The position numbers were made by a program, and so were the translations under genes. Of a DNA stretch of 64,000 bases, positions 49,178 to 56,496 are shown in pieces. The stretch covers positions 390,038 to 454,037 of the forward strand of contig JBBDUI010000002.1 of the NCBI GenBank assembly GCA_040903985.1, written 5' to 3'. Source of the stretch: Candidatus Saccharimonadales bacterium (GTDB lineage: Bacteria > Patescibacteriota > Saccharimonadia > QS-5-54-17). A model generated the notes under the pieces. That model worked only from the letters and a program-made list of their open reading frames with translations. It did no database searches and was not told the origin of the DNA. How positions within the stretch are numbered: position 1 is the stretch's first letter; the number at the start of each line of letters is the position of its first letter.

Positions 49178-49639
49178 GTGCAACAAAAGATAGTGCCAAA
49201 CTTGTGGTTCAACGGTAATGCTAAGGTAGCGGCTGAATATTACACATCGATATTCCCTAATAGTAGAATAATTTCTATTGAGAACTATCCTGAAAGTGCC
49301 GAAGAGGGGCTCGCAGATTTTCAACTTGATATGGCTGGAAAGCCACTGGTCGTAGAATTTGAGCTTAATGGACAGCATTTCACAGCAATTAACGCTGGGC
49401 CAGAGTTTAAGTTCAGTGAAGCGATATCGTTTGCAATCTACTGCAAGGACCAAGAAGAGATCGATTATTTCTGGGAGAAATTATCTAGTGTAGTCGAAGC
49501 CGAGCAGTGCGGTTGGTGCAAAGACCAATTTGGTCTGAGCTGGCAGGTGATACCTGAGAATATGGAAGAGCTAATGAAGAAGCCAGGTGCCTACTCTAAG
49601 ATGATGGCGATGCATAAGATAGTTATTAGCGAGTTCTGA
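49178..49639 (+). CDS. VOC family protein, PhnB-like (3-demethylubiquinone-9 3-methyltransferase domain)
   Basis: VPNLWFNGNA...AAEYYTSIFP...QCGWCKDQFGLSWQVIP is a near-textbook match to PhnB-like proteins. Confidence 0.8.
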   Translation: MQQKIVPNLWFNGNAKVAAEYYTSIFPNSRIISIENYPESAEEGLADFQLDMAGKPLVVEFELNGQHFTAINAGPEFKFSEAISFAIYCKDQEEIDYFWEKLSSVVEAEQCGWCKDQFGLSWQVIPENMEELMKKPGAYSKMMAMHKIVISEF

Positions 49640-49653
49640 TAGGGGAAGTTTTT

Positions 49654-50307
49654 ATGGTCAGAGTAAAGATTTGCGGGAATAGAAGGCTTGAAGATGCACT
49701 AAAAGCTGTGGAGTATGGTGCCGATGCAATAGGCTTTTTAGTTGGTCAGCGTCATAGTTCTCCGGATTTCATTAGTGAAGCAGCTGCAGTAGGGATTATT
49801 GAACAGCTACCGCCGTTCATTTCTACGGTGCTCGTTACGCATCTTGTGGTTCCGGAGGAGATTATTCCGCTCGCACAGAAGCTCGGCGTCAGTACTATCC
49901 AGTTACACGGGGAAACTAACCCTAGGCAAGCCGAGACTATAAAAAATCAGCTACCATATATCAAGATCTATAAAGCCGTACATGTAACAGGTGAAGAGTC
50001 GGTGAAGTTAGCGAGGCAGTATTCTAGAGTAGTAGATGCGGTCTTGCTCGATACTATCAGCGTTGCGACCGATCAGGTCGGCGGTACAGGCAGAGTTCAT
50101 GATTGGGGTATAAGTAAAGAGATTGTCAAGCAGCTAGATATTCCGGTGATTTTAGCAGGCGGATTGAACCCAGATAATGTTGCTGAAGCAATACGCCAAG
50201 TAGAACCATTCGGTGTTGATGTAAACTCGGGTACTAAAGCGGCGGATGGCTATAAAGATTACGACAAATTAAGATCATTTATACGCACTGCCAAGCTAGA
50301 AGGCTAA
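49654..50307 (+). CDS. trpF: N-(5'-phosphoribosyl)anthranilate isomerase
   Basis: KICG...GADAIGF, QLHG, GGTG, LAGGL..DNV, VDVNSG collinear with PRAI. Confidence 0.8.
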   Translation: MVRVKICGNRRLEDALKAVEYGADAIGFLVGQRHSSPDFISEAAAVGIIEQLPPFISTVLVTHLVVPEEIIPLAQKLGVSTIQLHGETNPRQAETIKNQLPYIKIYKAVHVTGEESVKLARQYSRVVDAVLLDTISVATDQVGGTGRVHDWGISKEIVKQLDIPVILAGGLNPDNVAEAIRQVEPFGVDVNSGTKAADGYKDYDKLRSFIRTAKLEG

Positions 50308-50370
50308 GAGGTTGCAGCCCTCATCTCCATCATTGCTAAGTGTTAGGATGACAGAATAGCACAGGAGATC

Positions 50371-50823
50371 GTGCAAGTGCTTGACCAATCAGCCTGTTTA
50401 TTATATGAATATAATATGACTGCTCCAGAGAATCAGGACATAGACTCAACTAAATCTGCTTTTGAAGACGGCATGGAAGAACCTGCATCCATAGAGGAGC
50501 TACCTCACAATTTAGGATTTATAGAGACAGCAGAGTTACGCCAGCGAAAAGCAGAATGGCTGGCTGCCAGAGACACCGAGTATTACCGTCAAGCGGCAAT
50601 TACATATCATGAACTGGCTCAGGATCTTGTGGATCAGCAGTCGGGTGAGGCACGTATGAAGGCGCAGATCGGTTTGATTATAGAGATGGGGTTGATCCGG
50701 CGCAGCATGGGTAAGATGGAGGCCTACCTAGAAGATGTAGAAGATGCGATAGTTTATGCTCAGCAAGAAGGGCTAGATGAGGTGGTAGCTATTCTGGAGT
50801 CGGAGGCTAGAGATAAAGAGTGA
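50371..50823 (+). CDS. hypothetical acidic protein (150 aa)
   Basis: ORF only. Confidence 0.35.
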   Translation: MQVLDQSACLLYEYNMTAPENQDIDSTKSAFEDGMEEPASIEELPHNLGFIETAELRQRKAEWLAARDTEYYRQAAITYHELAQDLVDQQSGEARMKAQIGLIIEMGLIRRSMGKMEAYLEDVEDAIVYAQQEGLDEVVAILESEARDKE

Positions 50824-51041
50824 GTTAGCAAGTTATGCCTGTATGGACGTTCTCTTCGGTGAGGATACTCTATGCCGCTAGATGATGCGCTCTGATATGT
50901 GTCTATCTTGTTGTTTGGAAATGGCGTGGATGATTCCGAAGAGCACTTGAGGAGTAGGGGGTTCTAGAATAATATTCTGGTGTGCCGTTTTAGTGCTGCG
51001 AGACGATCGATAAATTATAAAGATTAGGATAAATAAGAAAA

Positions 51042-51112
51042 CCGGCCGGGTGGCACGCTGTGATGAGCGGCGACGGATAGAATCCATCGCCATCACAGGT
51101 GCACCCGGCCGG
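51042..51112. repeat. long imperfect palindromic element, copy A; bidirectional terminator candidate between convergent genes
   Basis: CCGGCCGGGTGGCACGCTGTGATG ... CATCACAGGTGCACCCGGCCGG. Homologous to the element at 56342-56414. Confidence 0.55.
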
Positions 51113-51181
51113 CGGGGGTGAGGATGCCCCAAGAGTTAGGGGCGTGCCATCAGTATCGATGGCTCCTCAGGGTTGACGTAG

Positions 51182-52291
51182 TTACATGTCGAGGGGCAAC
51201 CCCACCCAGTAGTCCAGAACCAGAAGGTCCAGGACGCGGCTGAGTACGCTCGCGGTCTGGCCGCGAGTGGTAGAGTTGTTCGGGTCGAACAGGCTCCCGC
51301 CTCTCCCCAGTATGAGACCATTGGCGACAGCCTTGCCGATGTTCTCGGCGTGGACGTTGCCTTCGATGTCGGAGAAGGGAGTCCCCGTGCTGTAGAGCTC
51401 AGTGCCCGTGATGTGCTCGTACGTGTTGACGAGCATCGTGGTCATCTGGCCGCGAGTCACCGGCTGGTCCGGACGGAAGGTACCGTCGGAATAGCCATTG
51501 ATGATGCCCAAGGCCGCCATCTGGTTGATGGCAGTGCGGTGGGCAGCCCTCGGACCGACGTCGCTGAAGTTGTAGTTCAGTGGCGGGTGCCAGAGGTACG
51601 CCGTCTCCATCAAGCGGCTCAAGAAAGCCGCCATCTGGCCGCGGGTCACATTCTGGCTCGGCGCGAAATGCGTCGTGTCGGCACCGCCACTGACTCCCCA
51701 CCAGGTGAGGCAATCGATGGCTCGTTCGTGGACGTTGTCCTTGGTGTCGGCGAAGCCAGCATCCGGGACTAGCATGGATGGGCAGGCGCTCGAGATAGCA
51801 CCGATGGTCCAGGTCCCGGGCTGGGAGCTGAGTACACCGTACGTCACAAGCCCTGGTCCGCCACCATAGCCGAACCAGCATGGGTCTGGGCTGGTGCCGT
51901 AGTTGAACGGGTCGTCACACCAGTCGACAGGCATGCCGTCGCGGAGTAAGACCAAGTTGCTATTGGCCAGAGGGCCGCTAAGCCACAGATCGAGCTGTAG
52001 CGGTTCTTCTGGACTGGCTTCGGGAGCGGCGGTCACGATGGTGAAGAGCTGACCCCATCCTTGGACGGGGTCTTCCCGCACGATTTCGAGCGACAGCTCG
52101 CCATCAATCGGGGTAGTGAAGGCTACGCGGAGGTTGGTAACCTCGGCGAAAATAGAGCCACCAGCACCGACGTCCTCCGTGATGGAGGGGCCGACGGTGG
52201 ATGGTCCTTCGACTGCCGCCGCTGGGGCAGTAGTGAGCAGCCCGAGCATCAGCATGATGCTGATGACGAGACGGACGTGAATCTTGTGCAT
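51182..52291 (-). CDS. secreted S-layer-homology (SLH) domain protein
   Basis: Signal peptide, then three C-terminal SLH repeats (F.D....H...I..L...GI..G...G.F.P...VTRGQMA). The C-terminal roughly 320 aa are paralogous to the C-terminus of 56497..59289. Confidence 0.75.
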   Translation of the reverse strand: MHKIHVRLVISIMLMLGLLTTAPAAAVEGPSTVGPSITEDVGAGGSIFAEVTNLRVAFTTPIDGELSLEIVREDPVQGWGQLFTIVTAAPEASPEEPLQLDLWLSGPLANSNLVLLRDGMPVDWCDDPFNYGTSPDPCWFGYGGGPGLVTYGVLSSQPGTWTIGAISSACPSMLVPDAGFADTKDNVHERAIDCLTWWGVSGGADTTHFAPSQNVTRGQMAAFLSRLMETAYLWHPPLNYNFSDVGPRAAHRTAINQMAALGIINGYSDGTFRPDQPVTRGQMTTMLVNTYEHITGTELYSTGTPFSDIEGNVHAENIGKAVANGLILGRGGSLFDPNNSTTRGQTASVLSRVLDLLVLDYWVGLPLDM

Positions 52292-52494
52292 CGTTCACTC
52301 CTCATGAGGTGGGGTGCCGAAACTTGCTTGTGTGTAACTACTTCAAGTTGCGTGCGAACTTATGGTCATATTTCGCAGGAGCATATATTACCATATTTTA
52401 TTCTATTTGTAAATACATTGGAGTAAAATTTAAGTAGATTCGACAGGGGTAAAGTATTGATTATATGCTAATCTTATGCTATAGTATATAAATC

Positions 52495-54006
52495 ATGTCA
52501 ATCGGACCTGAAAAATCTAATGAATCTGTAGCCTCGCGTTATGTAGGGATGCATGGCCACGCCTACCAACCTCCTCGTGAATCAGCCGATGGCACTATTT
52601 ATGAAGCGGCAGAAGTGTCGGCCGAGCATCCGGACCATCCAGAGTGGCGCAACTGGAACGATGTCGAGACGGCACTCGCATATGAGCCAGTGGCCAGTAG
52701 CGGCAGTTTGGAGCATATGTCATTCGATTTAGCCCCTACTCTAGCTACCTATCTAGAGCGCCAACATCCTGAAGTGTATGAGAAGTTCATCGCTGCCCCT
52801 AAAACGCTTGAGAGTGCCGGCGAGCCTCATAATGTGCTTAGCACGCCGTATTTTCACGCAATTCTTCCCCTGCTACCCGTTCGTGATCAACGTACGCTCA
52901 TTGGTTGGGGTCGATATGATACTGAGCGTCGTTTTGGCGTCTCACCAACCGGGATTTGGTTACCAGAAATGGCCATGAATAGCCAAGTACTAGCTGAGGC
53001 TAAACGAGCCGGTTTTGAGTGGACGTATGGTTTCCCCGGTCAACTTGAAGGTCCTGTAGGTACTCCTACGGGCTATAACGTGCCGGCCGGTGAGTCTGGA
53101 GATATGACAGTATTACTCGAGACGAGTCACCGACCAGGCTGGCATAATTTTTATAATAACTACGATGGCTCTAACCCTGAAGGCATTCAGGAGGGGTTAG
53201 ACAGTTGGAAAGATGATATGCTAGCTGGGCAAACTCCCGGCGATCACTTTGCTCAGTTGTCACTTAAGGCTACCGATCTTGAGCATCTCAAAGGGGCGCT
53301 ACCCCAGAGAGTAGCCTCAGCTGCTGCCCATGAAGCTAAATCTTTGGGATGGAGCACACCGTCGGCTTTTATGGCTAGGGTTAAGGATAAGGTAGAGCTA
53401 CCCGAAACAAAAGTTGTAGAGAACTCAGCTGGTGAGGGAGCCACAGGACAAGCTCACACTCTTGAGCGCTGGACCGGTGAGCGAGACGGGGCTGTCGTAG
53501 TTCGATGGAAGTACGATTTGCAAGCAGCATACGGACAATTCGCCGCAGGTATAGACGCTGTATATGAGAAAAATCTAGTAACACTTGGGTTCGACCAGCC
53601 GTGGGAGATGAGGGATGACTATATCCGACTAGTGGAAGGAGAGACTACTGAGCGGGAATACTTCAATCGGTGGGATGCGCCTCAGAATGTGGGTGCCGAG
53701 GAGAGGTACCAGACACTTAAGCTCTTAGCAGCTGAGTATCATAAGCTCGCAGCGGCATCGAGCTGCGCCTGGTTCTTTGATAATCCTACCGGAGTTGAAC
53801 CACGAATTGCTGTACGCCAGATGCGGATAGCAATTGAGTATCTACGCACGAGCGGCATAGAGGATAGCGCGGCTGAAGCGACTAAAATCGAGGAGTCGCT
53901 TCTAGAACGCCTTAAGCTGGTCGCTGATGAGAAGAGTAGACTAAGTAAAATATACAGAGGTATCGGAGTGGTCTCGGTGGCTAACCAGACTATGCCGGTA
54001 AGCTAA
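52495..54006 (+). CDS. glycoside hydrolase family 57-like alpha-glucan-active enzyme
   Basis: N-terminal GMHGHAYQPPRE and GIWLPEMA motifs resemble GH57 (HGHFYQPPRE; WLPE nucleophile region). Confidence 0.5.
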   Translation: MSIGPEKSNESVASRYVGMHGHAYQPPRESADGTIYEAAEVSAEHPDHPEWRNWNDVETALAYEPVASSGSLEHMSFDLAPTLATYLERQHPEVYEKFIAAPKTLESAGEPHNVLSTPYFHAILPLLPVRDQRTLIGWGRYDTERRFGVSPTGIWLPEMAMNSQVLAEAKRAGFEWTYGFPGQLEGPVGTPTGYNVPAGESGDMTVLLETSHRPGWHNFYNNYDGSNPEGIQEGLDSWKDDMLAGQTPGDHFAQLSLKATDLEHLKGALPQRVASAAAHEAKSLGWSTPSAFMARVKDKVELPETKVVENSAGEGATGQAHTLERWTGERDGAVVVRWKYDLQAAYGQFAAGIDAVYEKNLVTLGFDQPWEMRDDYIRLVEGETTEREYFNRWDAPQNVGAEERYQTLKLLAAEYHKLAAASSCAWFFDNPTGVEPRIAVRQMRIAIEYLRTSGIEDSAAEATKIEESLLERLKLVADEKSRLSKIYRGIGVVSVANQTMPVS

Positions 54007-54054
54007 ATCATAATTTACTGAATAAAACATGCATCTTATTGTAGAATAATACAC

Positions 54055-54312
54055 ATGACTAGCTCAGAATTATCTCATGGCGTAGTACACAAAGTACCGG
54101 CAGACTTACGAACGGTGCTTATATCCAGCGCTAAAGTAAAGGTTGCCTGGGAAGATATTACGCCGCTCGCACGTAATGAGTGGATCTGTTGGATCGAGGA
54201 TGCCAAGAAGCCTGAGACGCGGAGACGCCGGATCAAGCGCACGCATGAGGAGCTTATAGCCGGTAAGCGCCGACCGTGTTGCTGGGCGGGGTGTATTCAC
54301 CGTCAGAAATAA
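54055..54312 (+). CDS. YdeI/OmpD-associated family small protein
   Basis: WICWIEDAKKPETRRRRI...GKR pattern. Confidence 0.5.
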   Translation: MTSSELSHGVVHKVPADLRTVLISSAKVKVAWEDITPLARNEWICWIEDAKKPETRRRRIKRTHEELIAGKRRPCCWAGCIHRQK

Positions 54313-54336
54313 GCATTGGGTGGCGAACTCTACAGT

Positions 54337-55080
54337 TTAGCGACGTAATCGTTCCTCAAGCCCTGACACTGGATCGTACCACCCTTTATCGAGCACATAG
54401 GTCTGGATGTCCTTATCGACCCCAAAGATAATGAATAGACCGACTAGGATAAAGAGTCCGGCTACTATGCGGTGGAACCACCCCTGCGGGTCACTTAGCC
54501 AGCCGAGTTTAGTGACGAATTTAGTCCCGAGGAGGGTGATTAAGAGCAGCATGAGGCAGAGTCCGATCGTGTAGGCTACCAGGTAGATTAGTCCTTCTAG
54601 GAACGATACCGGTAGGATAGTGGCTACTATTAGGGCATAGGTCGGGCTGCAGCTGTTAAAGACCGGTCCTAGTGCTAGGCCCATGACCATTCCACCTTTC
54701 AGGTCAGACTGCAGGTAACCTCGGCCTAGGGCTTGGTTGCTACTGCCGTACAGTCCGGTTCGGGAAATTAACTTAACCCAGAGTGCAGGAAATAACATAA
54801 AGAGGCCGAAGATAGTGATGATACCGCCAGATATGATTTGCCAGAGTTCTTGAGGTATACCTAGGAGTGCTGTAGTGGCTTTAAGTAGAAGAGAGAAGAC
54901 GATAATCGAGATGGCTAAGCTACCGATGATGACCAGCACCCTGATTCGCGGTGTGGACTTAGCACCTGTCTCAGAGTCACTGCTTAGTGAACCGCCTAGG
55001 ACTATCGGTAAGAGCGGCAAGATGCAAGGGGCGAGTACGGTCAAGATGCCGGCTAGGAAAGATAGAAGAAATAGACCCAT
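54337..55080 (-). CDS. ccdA: cytochrome c-type biogenesis / thiol-disulfide transporter CcdA (DsbD TM-domain family)
   Basis: LAPCILPLLP (two conserved Cys), six TM helices. Confidence 0.75.
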   Translation of the reverse strand: MGLFLLSFLAGILTVLAPCILPLLPIVLGGSLSSDSETGAKSTPRIRVLVIIGSLAISIIVFSLLLKATTALLGIPQELWQIISGGIITIFGLFMLFPALWVKLISRTGLYGSSNQALGRGYLQSDLKGGMVMGLALGPVFNSCSPTYALIVATILPVSFLEGLIYLVAYTIGLCLMLLLITLLGTKFVTKLGWLSDPQGWFHRIVAGLFILVGLFIIFGVDKDIQTYVLDKGWYDPVSGLEERLRR

Positions 55081-55081
55081 A

Positions 55082-55549
55082 TCAGAGTAGATTATCTACT
55101 AGTGTCTGTAGGGTCGGTTCCTCATACGGCACAAAGCGTTCTTCGAGTTGGCCTTGATCGTTGATTCGGACGAGTGTGGTCTGGATGGTGACTCCGTACT
55201 CGCGGCGGAGGGCCTGATTAGAGTCGTAGTCGACCTTGATGATGGTCACGCCTTCCGGAATCGATCCACTAAGGATACTCTCCTCCAGTGCTCGACACTG
55301 CGGACACCAGGGAGCGTGAAAGAAAAGAATCCTCGTGCCGGTGGTGGTGGCGATGACGTCCGGACTATAGTCGACATACTGCGATTTGTCTGTCACTGGA
55401 TCGGCACTGTTATCATCTGTCGTTGTGTTTGTATCAGATGAAGCGGTTGGAGAAGTAGACTCTGTGTGCTCCCGGCCACTAGTGTAGTAGATGGCTCCGA
55501 CGATAGCTATGAGCGCGATAATCGCGATGAGAATCAGCTTCTTATTCAT
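55082..55549 (-). CDS. membrane-anchored thioredoxin-like protein (TlpA/ResA-like)
   Basis: N-terminal TM anchor. WCPQC active site in FFHAPWCPQCRALE. 1-nt gap to ccdA. Confidence 0.75.
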   Translation of the reverse strand: MNKKLILIAIIALIAIVGAIYYTSGREHTESTSPTASSDTNTTTDDNSADPVTDKSQYVDYSPDVIATTTGTRILFFHAPWCPQCRALEESILSGSIPEGVTIIKVDYDSNQALRREYGVTIQTTLVRINDQGQLEERFVPYEEPTLQTLVDNLL

Positions 55550-55694
55550 GTCTTTATTATAACCGGAGTTTAGTCGAAATACAGCTTGGATAAGGGCTCA
55601 AGGGTGGTGGTGTTGCGGGTCGGGCATGAGCCAGCTAGAAGCTGGGAGCATAGACCTATCCTAGTAGAGAGGTTTATTATATAATATATAGATT

Positions 55695-56282
55695 ATGGAT
55701 GAACGTTTAATTTCTAATCCCAACCTCGCCTATGAAATGGCATTAGCAGAAGCGCCATTCCGCGAGTTGGCACGGATTGCCATTAGTGATGCTGAGAGGG
55801 CTTCAGATACTGTCGCGGCCGAGTGGGCGCAGCCTAAGCTCAAGGTCGCTGAGCGCGAGGACCTCGTAATTTTCGGTAAGCGCCGGGGTTATGGTCATAA
55901 TATGGCCGGTCGGGTCTGGAATTGTATCCGGCGGGCTCATGTTAGTGGCTATGTTCAGCTCGATTTTGAGACTAAGCCGCCAGAAGAGGCGCGTGGAGTT
56001 AGTGCCCGCTATCGGCACTTGTCTGGTCTGCACCTCGAAAGCTTATACCGCACTATGGAAGGCATTTGCAGTAAGTTGGAGCAGGATGTGTCGCTCAGGC
56101 CGGTTGATCTATTAGGCCACGGAGCGGGAACGAAGACAGTTCAGTTTCTAGCTGAGTTTGCAGTAGCTAATAAGCCGGACTGGGCTGAGATAGATCAAGA
56201 GGGCTACAGTGATTTTCCGCCGCTACCAGCTTCGACAGCCGCCCAGGATGGGAGTAGCGGGAGCCTCTCTGGCTTCAACTAA
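55695..56282 (+). CDS. hypothetical protein (195 aa)
   Basis: ORF only. Confidence 0.35.
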   Translation: MDERLISNPNLAYEMALAEAPFRELARIAISDAERASDTVAAEWAQPKLKVAEREDLVIFGKRRGYGHNMAGRVWNCIRRAHVSGYVQLDFETKPPEEARGVSARYRHLSGLHLESLYRTMEGICSKLEQDVSLRPVDLLGHGAGTKTVQFLAEFAVANKPDWAEIDQEGYSDFPPLPASTAAQDGSSGSLSGFN

Positions 56283-56293
56283 CTCCTTGCTCT

Positions 56294-56414
56294 GGTGGAT
56301 TCACCAGTATAGATATCTATACTTCTATACTAGTGAATCCACCCGACCGGGTGGCGCGCTGTGCGGGTATAGCGACGGCGTTAGCCGTCATTCGCACAGG
56401 CGCCCCCGGTCGGG
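56294..56414. repeat. compound palindromic element, copy B: 11-bp IR (GGTGGATTCAC/GTGAATCCACC) followed by a long imperfect palindrome homologous to 51042-51112
   Basis: CCGACCGGGTGGCGCGCTGTGCG ... CGCACAGGCGCCCCCGGTCGG. Lies 3' of the SLH beta-helix gene; terminator candidate. Confidence 0.55.
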
Positions 56415-56496
56415 CGAGAGAAGTTCTCCGCCTCATGGGCGGAAGTGACCATCGGCTAGACCGATAGTCTTTCTCGGGGGTTGATGTACAGAGGAG

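Noticed and set aside
50878-51321. Minus-strand ORFs 50878..51132 (84 aa) and 51136..51321 (61 aa)
   Set aside because: They overlap the long palindromic terminator-like element and the 3' end of the SLH gene region; composition is non-protein-like.
51399-51881. 160-aa minus-strand ORF (different frame) and 51350..51772 + ORF inside the SLH gene
   Set aside because: Alternate-frame artefacts in GC-rich sequence; the SLH frame has clear repeat and signal-peptide evidence.
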